Below are positions 11,646 to 23,411 of a stretch of DNA of 64,000 nt, one piece after another. Location of the stretch: NCBI GenBank assembly GCA_001179505.1, contig CDMY01000252.1, forward strand, positions 1 to 64,000, in the 5' to 3' direction. The notes beneath the pieces were generated by a model. It saw only the letters and a list, made by a program, of their open reading frames with translations, was not told the origin of the DNA and searched no databases. The position numbers were made by a program, and so were the translations under genes. Origin of the DNA: Vitrella brassicaformis CCMP3155 (Eukaryota > Protista > Chromerida). The stretch's first letter is position 1. Each line of letters starts with the position of its first letter.

Positions 11646-14600
11646 ATGTCCGACGCAGCGAGCAGTGTGAAATCCGACACTGCCGCCTTTGCGCGACTCG
11701 ACGCCAGCAGCCCTGTGAGTATCGGCCTCGCCACTGCAGGCCTGCTGACAGCCATTGTGAGCGTATTGCTGCCCTTCACCATCCCGATTCCCCTCCCCGG
11801 CGCCCTCTCGCGGCGACTCAAGGTGCCCTTCAACTACGTGACGGTGCCTGCGACGGTGGCGTGTCTGCTGGCGGCCTCTGGGGTGGTGCCGAGGAAGGTG
11901 CTGGAGCTGGGAATACTCGGGGATGACAGCGTGCAGGTACGTCTGCAGAAGGGAGGGAGAGAGGGGAGGTCACAGGGTGTGCCTGTACGTGTTGTGTTGT
12001 GTTGTGGTGATGGGATGGTGTGTGCAGCCACTGGCCCTTCTCGCCTTGTTCTTGGCCGTGGCGTACCTCTCCCTCTCTCTAGACGCGTCAGGAATCTTCG
12101 AGCACCTCTCACATGTGGCCACGCGCTTCTCCCGAGGCTCCGGGCGGCGGCTGTTTGTGATCCTGTTTGTGCTGTCGTCTCTGCTGACGTTCTTCGTCAG
12201 CTCCGACATCGTCATTCTGACCCTGACGCCCATCATTTTGTACCTGGGGAGGAGCACGGACGCGGACACGGTGCCGTATCTGCTGGGTCAGTTCTTCTCG
12301 GCCAACATATGGGGGAGCGCTCTGTATGTGGGGAACCCGACCAACATCATCATTGCTAACGCTACCGGGATTGACGTGCTGGCCTTCTCAAAGTGAGTGA
12401 CTGACTACGGGAGAGAGAGATACATGTGTGAGATGCACTGCACCCACTGTCTGCGCAACGTGCATGTGGGTGTGGTGTGGTGTGGTCATGTTTGCAGGCA
12501 CCTGGCTGTTCCCACCATTATAGCTGGTTTCGCCGCCTTCGCCACTGTCTACTTCATCTTTAGGCCCAAGGCAAGTCACACAATACAATACGCACAGACA
12601 AGTCACACACAGCACAGTGATCAAGCAAGCACACTCTCATCCACCCACTGTGTGGTGTCCTCCCTCCCTCCCCCCTCTCTGCCTCCTTCAGCTGCCCGTC
12701 TACCTCCCTGTCGGCAAGGCCGCCACCAAGTCGGCCCTCAAGCAGCCCCGGCGCGCCAAGGCCGGCATGGCCATCCTCGGCACCTGCCTCGCCCTCATAC
12801 TCATCTCCGACTTCCTGCCCCTTGACGTCTGGCAGATCGCCGTCATCTTCGCCGCACTCATGATGACCATCGACTTCGTGTTCGACCTCTGCACCGCCAG
12901 GCCCTCTCTGTCAACCACCTCGGGGGCGAATGGTGCTGGCGAGAAAGACGAGATGACGCCGGAGGGGCCCTCGCGGCGCATCAGCACGGCATCGACGGTG
13001 ACCGGCTTCGGCGACCGGTGTGACAGCTGGATGTCGGCCATCTCGCCGCAGCCGTCGATGGCCGACTTGTCGGCGGCCGCCACCACCCTGGCCGAAGACA
13101 AGCCGTCCAAACATGACCCACGGGGCTCGGCGCGGTGGCAGGTGGACCGTCTGCCCACTCTGAAGGAGCTGCCGTCCATCGCCCCTTCCGAGGTCTCCGA
13201 GCGCGCCCTGGAAACAGCCGACGTCGAGCTGGGTGGAGTCACCTTGGAGGCCGGGGAGAACAAGAGTGCGGCGGGCCGCTCACGGGCACATTCGCACCCA
13301 CAGTCGACAGTGCTGCCTCCGCTGGTGGCTGAGAGTGACGAGAAGGAGGGTGGTGGGGAGGGAGGGGGCGACGGTGATGACGACGATGAGAGCGACGTCG
13401 AGTCTGGCCCGGCCGACGCTATCGAGGAGGAGATGAAGGACGGGGGATCGCCGGACAGCGACACAGAGACAGGCCACGTAAGGCGAAACAAGCTGCTGCT
13501 GATGGCATCGCATTAACCGTTGCGTGTGTTCATGTGGTCAGGGTCACGTGATTCACCGCATCTGCGTCCATGAGCGTGAGCACCAGACCTCCCCCCCTCC
13601 CCCCTCCCCGCCAGGCGGCGGCGGCGGGGGCCGTGTGGTCGGCCGCACCAACATGAACACCCTTCCCCCCCGGGTCATCACCACCAAGGGCGGCCTCAAG
13701 TTCATCCACCAGTCGCCACAGGTCACTGCAGACGGACCCCCCCTGCCAATCAACACACACACACTCGGATTCAACGTCAAGCGCGTGGCGTCGGACCAGC
13801 AGACCTTCGCTTCTCGCTTCGACACGGACAGCACTCGGGCGACTGAGTTCGACATAGACGGGATGGTGTCGCGGGAGCAGCTTGAGATGGAGGCGGGCGC
13901 GGAGTGGCTGGGGAAGTGGTGTGTGGTGCCTGCGAGGTTGGTGAAGCGGCGGCTGCCGACGGTGTGCGGGACGCTGGGTCAGCTGCCGTGGCAGCTGGTG
14001 CCCTTCCTCCTGGCAATGTTTGTGCTCATACAGGAGATGCAGGAAATCGGTAAGCAATCAGAGAGAGAGAGGCGAAAATCGTCATGTGACGGTGGGGGAG
14101 AATGGTCTCTCTGTGGGTCCCATTTCATCATCAGGTGTGACGAGCGTGTTGTCGTGGGGGCTGGGCCGGGTGCTGGAGCGGATGGATGTGTTCTCGGCGT
14201 CCCTGGTGGTGGGGCTGCTGGGCACGCTGTGCTGCAACCTCCTCAGCAACCAGCCCATGAGCATCCTCTTCGCACACATGCTCAGCAACACACACTTCAA
14301 CGTAGGCGGACCACCTCCACCTCTCCACACACACTCACACACAGACCCGCACGCACCCCAATGGTGCACGTGTGCTGATGTGTGTGTGTGTCGATATCAG
14401 GTGTCCCCCGTGTTGCTGCGCAGCAGCGCCCTGTCGGCCATCTTTGCGTCCAATGCGGGCGCGAACCTGACGCCCATCGCCACGCTGTGCGGCGTCATGT
14501 GGCTGCAAACCGTCAAGAGGAAGGGCACACAAATCAAAGTAAGTACGCCATGAGCAGAGGGAGAGGGAATGATGACACGTGTGTGGGTGTGATGTGATGT

Positions 14601-14720
14601 TTCTCTGTCTCTCTGTGTACGTAGTGGCGGACTTTTGTGTCTTACGGGAGTGTGGTGACGCTGGTGCTGCTGGTGACGGCCTCGGGCATGATTGCCGTCG
14701 GCTCGCTGATCGGCATGTGA
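11646..14720 (+). CDS. ArsB/NhaD (ion transporter superfamily) permease with a long cytoplasmic low-complexity insertion
   Basis: Many TM segments; motifs SSDIVILTLTPII, SANIWGSALYVGNPTNIIIA, LLSNQPMSILF, SNAGANLTPIATLCGVMW. One GC-AG intron (12571-12691). Confidence 0.8.
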
Positions 14721-15106
14721 GCCAGCCATGTGAATACTAGGCGATCGGCGTGTGCGTGCCTGCATGCCTCTGTCGATGTGCGCTGCCAAACCCAAGAGCA
14801 AGGCCAAAGCAGGAGGCAAAGGTAGGAAACCGGGAATTCTCCCGGTTTCCTACCTTTGGTTTTGGCATTGGCCTCGATCTTGGCTTTGGCAGCGAACGGT
14901 CCTACTCGCTCCTGTCTTCCCATTCACTCACTCATCGATGTGCGCTGTGTTTTTCTGGCCATGGTGCATTCAATGGAAAGGTCCGGATCACCTCACCGTG
15001 AGGGACATGACATCCCGGGCCCTTTGTTGGTGTGATGCGCTGACATGGTACGTGTGTTTGTGCTGCATGGGTGGGTCGGGGGGTGGGGCGGGGGGTGCGA
15101 TGGGGT

Positions 15107-15406
15107 NNNNNNNNNNNNNNNNNNNNNNNNNNNNNNNNNNNNNNNNNNNNNNNNNNNNNNNNNNNNNNNNNNNNNNNNNNNNNNNNNNNNNNNNNNNNNN
15201 NNNNNNNNNNNNNNNNNNNNNNNNNNNNNNNNNNNNNNNNNNNNNNNNNNNNNNNNNNNNNNNNNNNNNNNNNNNNNNNNNNNNNNNNNNNNNNNNNNNN
15301 NNNNNNNNNNNNNNNNNNNNNNNNNNNNNNNNNNNNNNNNNNNNNNNNNNNNNNNNNNNNNNNNNNNNNNNNNNNNNNNNNNNNNNNNNNNNNNNNNNNN
15401 NNNNNN
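15107..15406. other. Assembly gap (300 N placeholder)
   Basis: Exactly 300 N flanked by G-runs. Confidence 0.99.
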
Positions 15407-15934
15407 AAGGGGAGGGGGGGAGGGGAGGGGGGTGCGTGAAGGCATCGTGTGTGTGGATGGATGGATGGATGGATGAATGGTGGCTGTGGGTGGGTGGGAA
15501 TTACTGCTCAGTCAGGTTGGCCGTTTTTCAATCCGCGTGCGGCTCTGGGCGGCCTGGCCAGGCCAATCCGCACTCGAGTCATTGAATCTAGTGAGCGGTG
15601 TGTGCATGTGGGTGGGGGTGCGTGTATGTGGGGTGGGTGCATTGATGGCTTTATCTACCTGGAGAAGGGAAACCGACGAGAGTTGTGAGCCTCTACGCTC
15701 ACCCAGCTCTCGTGTGTGGAGTGGAATGGACAGACACGTGCATGCGGCATGTGTGGGTGTGTGGGTGTGGTTGGGGGCTCGCGAGCTGGCTGGCTGGGTG
15801 CATATCTCTACCTATCTATCTCTTGTCTATCTATCGCTCATTGGTCTACCTCCCTAGGTACCTACATTTGCGTATTTGCGTGGGGTGACTGAATGACACG
15901 GACAGGGCAGGTGGCGGGGGGGGGGGGTGGGGGG

Positions 15935-16234
15935 NNNNNNNNNNNNNNNNNNNNNNNNNNNNNNNNNNNNNNNNNNNNNNNNNNNNNNNNNNNNNNNNNN
16001 NNNNNNNNNNNNNNNNNNNNNNNNNNNNNNNNNNNNNNNNNNNNNNNNNNNNNNNNNNNNNNNNNNNNNNNNNNNNNNNNNNNNNNNNNNNNNNNNNNNN
16101 NNNNNNNNNNNNNNNNNNNNNNNNNNNNNNNNNNNNNNNNNNNNNNNNNNNNNNNNNNNNNNNNNNNNNNNNNNNNNNNNNNNNNNNNNNNNNNNNNNNN
16201 NNNNNNNNNNNNNNNNNNNNNNNNNNNNNNNNNN
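15935..16234. other. Assembly gap (300 N placeholder)
   Basis: Exactly 300 N flanked by G-runs. Confidence 0.99.
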
Positions 16235-16797
16235 GGCGGGGCTGGAAAGCCGTCCGTGGACACAAGCAATCACATGTACACTAACCAACTGACTAACTCT
16301 ACCCTGGCTGCGTACTTGGGCCCACACACCAAAGCAAACACGTGGGCAATTTTCCTATCATCCCTCCCTACGTGTATATGTTTTCTCTCTCATCGAGCAC
16401 GGCGGTCGATTCACCTCACCCGCCCACAATATTTCCTCTCCTCTCGACGGGCCATCGAATGATGTCTGGGTGCCATGGCCAGGCAGCCATGCGCTCTCAG
16501 CCGACGGTCGGTGGCTGAGAGCGCATGGAGAGAGACGTCGGTAGGGGAGAAGTGGGTGGAACAGACAGACAGACAGACAGGCAGCCAGCCGTCCGTCCAT
16601 CCATCCATCGTATGTATCGTCACATCACATCACACACGTACAACTTGCTTCAGTTTGTGTTCTGTGCAGCCAGTCGGTCGGCCGGCCGCTGTGCCTCTGC
16701 CCCCACGGCGTGAATCGGCTGGCGATCCCTTGACAGAGATCGGCGTCGTTTAACGTCCAGGACGTATTGGTGCAGTGGCCGGCTGCGAAGGGCCTCA

Positions 16798-16829
<32 letters not shown>

Positions 16830-17519
16830 CGCTATCGTATGATGACCTCTGATGGCTATGGCCCCTTGTGTGTACAGCGGAACTGGCCAGATGAGTGAAA
16901 AAAAGGACCGGCCGTCAATTGGTGTGCTGCCGTGTATTGGCTTGCTGCCTGGCTGATGGGGTGAGGGGAGGGCCGGGCAGGATGCAGCGGACATTTGAGT
17001 CCTGTAGACAACGGTGAGTGAGTGAGTGAGTGAGTGGGTGCATTGCATCTCTCCGTGTGTGTATATGTGTGTGTGTGTGTGCGTGTGTGAGTTGGTCCTC
17101 ACAACAATGACCCCTTCTCCCTTCCTCCCTCCATCCCTACCTCCTTTTCTCAACTCATTTTTTACCCTGACTGACTTGACGACTCGGTCTCCTTGACTTG
17201 ATGATGGACGAATGCACGTGTGTGAGAGAGACACAGGGTGGGACCACACACGAGAATTGAGACCTGCTTCCATTTGCTACACTCCATACCCCGCAATGAC
17301 TCCGGCGCCACTCCGCCACCCTTTCTGTCCTGTTAACGTGGGATCGACGAACGCGTTCCTTCAGGCATGTGAAAGTGCTTTGGGCGAGTTCGTTCGGCGA
17401 CCACATGTGAACAGGCGAGAGGGAAGCGGAGAGGCCAGACAGACAGACAGACAGTGGATGGATGGATGGATGGGGGAGTGCTCGTAGCACCGTGTGTGTG
17501 GGGGGGGGGGGGGGGGGGT

Positions 17520-17819
17520 NNNNNNNNNNNNNNNNNNNNNNNNNNNNNNNNNNNNNNNNNNNNNNNNNNNNNNNNNNNNNNNNNNNNNNNNNNNNNNNNN
17601 NNNNNNNNNNNNNNNNNNNNNNNNNNNNNNNNNNNNNNNNNNNNNNNNNNNNNNNNNNNNNNNNNNNNNNNNNNNNNNNNNNNNNNNNNNNNNNNNNNNN
17701 NNNNNNNNNNNNNNNNNNNNNNNNNNNNNNNNNNNNNNNNNNNNNNNNNNNNNNNNNNNNNNNNNNNNNNNNNNNNNNNNNNNNNNNNNNNNNNNNNNNN
17801 NNNNNNNNNNNNNNNNNNN
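17520..17819. other. Assembly gap (300 N placeholder)
   Basis: Exactly 300 N flanked by G-runs. Confidence 0.99.
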
Positions 17820-18773
17820 GGGGGGGTTGGTTGGGTGCATCGATCGGTCGCGGGTGCCATTTTGCCCGCTGCTAGCGCGGCACTTGTGTGTGTATGACAC
17901 TGACTCCCTCCCTCCCTCCCTCCCTGTTTTTGAACCACAACAATGACTCTACATACCTACCTACTTGCTTGGCTCCTTCACGCCTAGGGGGTGCTAGTTT
18001 CTGTGTTTCTGTCTCGGTCTGCAACAGTGGTGGGTGAGGGACGGACCTATGTATGTATGTGGGGGTGGACTGACTCGCAGACACTGGTGGTGCGTGCCAA
18101 TTCAACACACATACTTACGCTTACGTACCACGCACCGTCTGTCTTATATAAATCAACGCGCACTCACATGGTCGTCTTGTTGCGTACACACACACACACA
18201 TCGCATACGAGAGGGAGGGAGGGACGGCAAGGGTACCTGAGACACACACAGACACAAGAGAGGAGACACATTGCTGAGCATATCAATCAAAGGGAGCCAC
18301 ACACCACAATGCTTGCTCACCTCAATTGGATCTTTTCAGCTGCGGACGGCACGGCAGGCACTTATGTGACTGGTGGGCGGCCCTTTGGCCACCGCCTTCT
18401 GTCTACGGTAGTGCGACAAATAGCATATATAGAGCTTCTTCTTCGTTACGAATTCACCCATCCATCCATCCTCACAAAAAACCACACATTCCTACCGACG
18501 AGTGCCCACGTCTCCCCCTCTCTCCCTCTCCCTGTCCCTCTCCCTCAGCAAAAGTCACGCCGAAAGATTCGCATCGTGTGTTCGCTTCGCTCGCGGAGCG
18601 TCCAACCATATCTACTTAGGCAATTACTGACACGTATGTGTGTGTGTGTAGAAACTCACTCACACCTCCCTCCCTCCCTCCCTCCCTCCCAGCGCCCCAT
18701 ATATCGGAGCACAAGCCAACACAACACAATACAATAGCCCCCAATACGCCACTACTAAGGTTTTGCACTCGCT

Positions 18774-19275
18774 CTACAGGCTGATCGTGTCATTCCCGCC
18801 AGCAGCCTCCTCGGCCTCCAGGAATGACGCCAGTGGCGGCGGCTTGAGGAAGCCCCACCACGGCCGCCGACGCACACGCACAATCCCCGCTATCGTGCCG
18901 GTGATGATCTCATCCGGGCCGATCTCGGTCGCCGCATACGCCGAATTGGTGAACGGGCCTGCAGTAGATGCGATGCGATGCGATGCGACATAGTCACAGA
19001 CACACACACACACACACATGATTGCTGTGGGTGGAATGGAATGGGCTACCAGATCCGATGGGGTGGCTGATGACGTGTTCGCCGGTCTTCCAGTCGAGGG
19101 CCTCCAGCGTCCAGACGCCCTGCAATCACAGACAGATACACACGTGAGCATGAAGACTCTGTCTCTGTCTGGGTCTGTGTCGTGTGCGTTGATATCCTAT
19201 CCTTGCCTGTAGGGGTGCCGCCGGCCTGTTTGTGAGCAGCCGCCGCTTGCCAACGCCATACATCAGACCTGCCAA

Positions 19276-19311
<36 letters not shown>

Positions 19312-19513
19312 TGGATTTGGTGTCTGGGTGGCGCCAGGAAGGTCGGCCGAGCAGACAGACAGACCTGAGGATGCGCTCATGCAGGGGATGCCGTTGGGTA
19401 TGGAGACGTCCGGGTTGGCCCACACGGAGCGTATCCTGTTGGTGAACTTGTTGAACTCAAACTGCTCCACACCATAAGGCGCGTCGCCCACCAGCACCGG
19501 CCACTGCAGCACA

Positions 19514-19548
<35 letters not shown>

Positions 19549-22120
19549 GCCAGGATGGACGCCATAAGGCCTCGTTGGCTGCACCTGGTTTCTCAGAATG
19601 CCGAACAGCACATTGTCTGCAATAATCGACGGGAAGGGAAAGGACACAGTGAGTGCATGGCATGGGGAGGGAGGGAGTCCTTTCTTTTCTCACTGACCCA
19701 CCAGGCTCATCGATGACAGTGGCCGGTTTGCCCAGCAGCAGCGGCCGCCGCTCGCGCAGCCCCGATGTCCTGAATATCTCCCTGACCACCCGGCCCTCGG
19801 CCTCAACCACCATGCCCGTGTTGTTGACGGCCTCGCCCTCACTCTCGGCCAGGAAATTGTATCTGTCGAGGTTTCGGATCGTCGCCCACCTCTGTCGCGT
19901 CACCTCGTTGTTGACCACGGCGAACCGCCAGCCGTTGACAAGGACGGACTGCTCGCTGACGGACGACTCGGCCCAGGGGTCTGTGCAGCATCGGGGGCAG
20001 TCACATCACACACACATGGGTGGCATCGAGAGAGATGGTGGGGTGGGTGGGTGCTTGCAGGTCTTTCCAGGCTCACCGCCAAATGTGACGGGATACTGGT
20101 CGCAGATCTTGCCGGTCTCTGGAGAGAGGGAGAGAGAGAAAGGGGGCAGGGTCAGTCATCATGTGATTGATATGTCTGCGTGCATTGGATGGATTGGTGT
20201 GTGTGTGGTGCCGACCGACCAGCGTCGAAGACGACGACATGCATGAGCTTTTGCCCGTCAGTAATAACGACATAGCGGCCCACATTCTTGTCGCCCATGA
20301 TGCTCGGCGTGCTGCCGCTTCCCTGCAGACACCAACAGCACAGCACAACACAAGACAGCTAATAAATCGTCGCTGTGTGTGGGTGTGTGTGGGTGTGTGG
20401 GTGTGTGTGTGGGTGTGTGGGTGTGTGGGTGGGTGTGTGGGTGTGTGTGTGGTTGTGACCTCTCCGAGTCGCGACAGCTGGTTCCCCGCTGTCGTCTTGT
20501 AAGGGGTCTCCCAGGCCAGCGTGAGCTCCATCGATTTGGGGTCCCACACCACTTTGTGCAGCTTCTTGTTGCTCACCACATAGATGCCGCCGTCCTCGTC
20601 AACCTACACACACCACACAGGCACCCCTTGCAAGAAACAGAAGACGCTCACGGTCCTCTTCCTCGCACCTGTATGTTGTTTGAGACCTCAGTGTCGTCCT
20701 CTCCCTCTCCCAGCTGGAGGTATGCCAGCGTGTTGCGGCCGCCGAACATCCTGGATGGGTCGAAGATGCTGCTCTCCGTCACGCCCACCTTGCCCAGGTT
20801 GGTTGCGAAGGCGAGACGGCCGTCGTATGTCACTGCAGGGATGGACAGACAGATGCACACACATGGGGTGAGCGAGGGATGGGACACTCTGTGTGTGTGT
20901 GTGTGGGGGGGGAGGGGTGTTCGTTGCTATCGCGTCTGTCTCACTTTGTAGAGCGCGGATGACTTCCTTCTTGGATTCGGACCCCTCTGCGAACACATAG
21001 GGTTTGGGGTGCCGCTTGATGTGGTCGCCCAAGGGCAGCTTGGTCGTGTCGTCCAGGTAGGCCTCGATCCGCAGACCAGTGGCTGTGAAGAACACACCCT
21101 GCACACACACCACACCACACCACCCCACCACCACCCATGGCTGCATGGCAGTCAGTCAGTCAGTCAGTCGTGTGTGTGCCTGCAGCACATACCTCGTGGG
21201 AGAGCAGCGAATAGGCCCCGTGGAAGACCTGCATGGACCACCAGCACACCACAAGCCTCATTCACGCGTTTCTCCGTGCCGGACAGTGCGTCTCACTCAC
21301 ATCGCCAAAAATGTCCTCGACGGGCTTCTCCACAAATCCCGCCAGCCGCATCTCCGGCCCGGTGCGGTCAATCTTGAACCTGCCCCACCAGACAAACAAA
21401 CAAGGCCAGCCATGCGATGGGGCAACAGGCAGGCCCAAGCACGGTTGCTGTCTTGTTGGCTCACACAGTGGTCCAGGATGACCCCCAGAGGTACTTGAGG
21501 TCCTCGGTATAGAACAGATTGATGGGATTCAGCACCTAAACACACACACAGAGGAGAGGAGAGGAGCGCGACGGCCATCCACACCCACACCCGCACCCAC
21601 ACCCACACCCACACCGTCATGCCACACGCCACCACTGCCTACCAGGAAGCCTTCGTTGAGGAAGTCATGTTGGAGTTCATCGGCATCGGCCTCCTCCAGT
21701 GACCGCAGTGGAGTCGACCCCTGACTGCAATCACACACAGACACCCGCATTGAGCGTCCTCGAAGACAATTATCTAGATGCTTACGAGTACGGCGTCCTG
21801 TGGCTGGTCGGCCACGGTGAAGCCGCGAGGTACGAGTTGACCTTTCCACAGAGCACCGACGGCAGCTCGCTGCCGTCTGAGCTGCCGTCATAGCAAATCG
21901 TCTCCTCCTCCCTCGTCAGCCTCTCGCTCTCCCGCAGTGCCGTCAGGTAGTCCACCAGGTTCTCCACCAGAAATGGGAGGCTGGCCTGCTGCTCCGATGG
22001 CTGCTGCTGGTCGTTCACCGGCTGGAGGAAGGGGGCGTCCTCCACGGCAGCAGCTGTCAGGCTCAGGAAGGCCAGCGTCATCCCCACGACGCAAAGGCGA
22101 GATCTTCTCCGTTTCGGCAT
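18774..22120 (-). CDS. Uncharacterised secreted protein, probably beta-propeller-like, of a bacterial-looking family; >=12 exons
   Basis: Signal-like N-terminus (MPKRRRSRLCVVGMTLAFLSLTAAA). High-GC3 exons encode SPWPTSHRTPY, VTYDGRLAFATNLG, AVDEDGGIYVVSNKKLHKVVWD, GSGSTPSIMG, YVVITDG, EQSVLVNGWRFAVVNN, GVEQFEF, LEGLDWKTG, NSAYAATEIG; repeated beta-strand/WD-like motifs. Confidence 0.7.
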
Positions 22121-22285
22121 GGCGTTCCCGACAGCCGCTCCTCCGCCAGCCGGCTGACCTCGCTGCAGTGTTTCAGGTGCCCTCCTTGCTTGCTGATCAA
22201 GGTGCGAATCACACACGCTGTTCACCCGTAACGGTTGCACCGGTTTCAGGGAGAACACTAGCACCCGCGCGCAAGCCTGGCTTGG

Positions 22286-22358
22286 AGATCTCCTTTTTTT
22301 GTCTTCCGCCTTTCCGGGGCTTCCGCATCTCAATCTCAGCCGGCCGCAGACACACACG
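22286..22358 (+). repeat. Upstream element copy 1 (second copy at 23325-23384)
   Basis: agatctcc...ttttgt(c/t)ttc..ctttcc...catctcaatctcagccg...cagacacacacg lies 47 nt upstream of ATG 22406. Confidence 0.85.
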
Positions 22359-22405
22359 AAGATAACCGTGTGCTAGGGTGTACAAAACCTGATCCTTTCG
22401 CGAAG

Positions 22406-22616
22406 ATGGGCAGTTCTCAGTCGTCTGTTACAGTAGAGCGGGAGTTTGTGGAGGAGGACCGGATGCGGACGAAGGAGATGGAGAAAGCGATGGACAAGGT
22501 CCCGGAGGCTGTCCGGAAGCTCAGGCCAGATCCCACGGGATGCTGAGCATCGACAGGCAAGGCACACACAGCACACAGCACACAGCACACCACGACGTGA
22601 CACACATACCCACGGC

Positions 22617-22656
<40 letters not shown>

Positions 22657-22985
22657 TTGTGTGTGTGTGTGTGCGTCAGATGATGTCGGCGCTCGAGTGT
22701 CACGGCACCAAGGTCATCGCCGCCATGATGGTCCTGAACATGACCAGTCCACACCACTCGCGAGCCCTCGACAGCTGCAGCAGCAGCGGCTGGCCTTCAC
22801 CCATGCTCGGGGTCGTGGTCCTCGTCAGCAGCGCACTGTTCATCGAAGGCGTGAGCCTGCTGACGAGGACGAGCAAATGGCCTGTGCGAATGCGGCTGTG
22901 CGACATCTGCATGTCATCGAATACATGCGGTATCATCGCTCTGAGTAGCCGCGCTTATCACTCTGTGCTTCTTCTGCATGTTTGA
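22406..22985 (+). CDS. Small two-exon gene; ORF1 (46 aa, MGSSQS myristoylation-like start) ends at TGC-TGA, while the coding-biased frame of exon 2 is +1
   Basis: ORF1 22406-22546; GC-AG intron 22557-22679; exon 2 frame MMSALECHGTKVIAAMMVLNM... has mostly G/C third positions and ends at TGA 22983-22985. How the two parts join is unresolved. Confidence 0.45.
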
Positions 22986-23324
22986 GCACTCATGATGCTT
23001 GTGGCCCTGATGCTCTGCGGTCTGCCGTGCGTGTGAGTCTTTGTAATGTACATATACATGTACTCACACGTTCATTTGGTCGTATCTATCTGCTCTTCTT
23101 CATGTGGTGCGTGTCTGCTTTCGCAGGTCTGTCCATGATAGTGTTATGTTAGATATATATATATCGTCTTGTATCTCTGAATAACAGCTCTCGTGTCTGT
23201 CCGTGATGTTGTTACTGCACATGCTGACTTGTCTTGTGTCTCGGAATAGACAGTTTTTTTGAAGAGCCGTCGACGCTTCATGTATTGCATCGCCGGGTAG
23301 AGCTCTCGTGAAACTGACCCCTGC

Positions 23325-23384
23325 AGATCTCCGTGTTTTGTTTTCGACCTTTCCACATCTCAATCTCAGCCGCAGACACACACG
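23325..23384 (+). repeat. Upstream element copy 2 (first copy at 22286-22358)
   Basis: agatctccgtgttttgttttcgacctttccacatctcaatctcagccgcagacacacacg, 27 nt upstream of the AKR ATG. Confidence 0.85.
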
Positions 23385-23411
23385 CGTGACCTCCACGACG
23401 CGTTGGCAGCG

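Noticed and set aside
16650-17490. Possible minus-strand exons (WSPNELAQSTFTCLKERVRR...)
   Set aside because: No consistent gene model, no domain, and flanked by gaps
15045-17946. Long ORFs in the supplied track filled with X
   Set aside because: Artefacts of N runs lacking stop codons
20380-20450. (GTGTGG)n array resembling a telomeric or CRISPR-like repeat
   Set aside because: Intronic microsatellite of the kind found throughout; no unique spacers
22965-23030. ATGA...TGAT hairpin as a SECIS for the TGA at 22544
   Set aside because: Only ~11 nt between the GA quartets and no apical AA; too short for a SECIS
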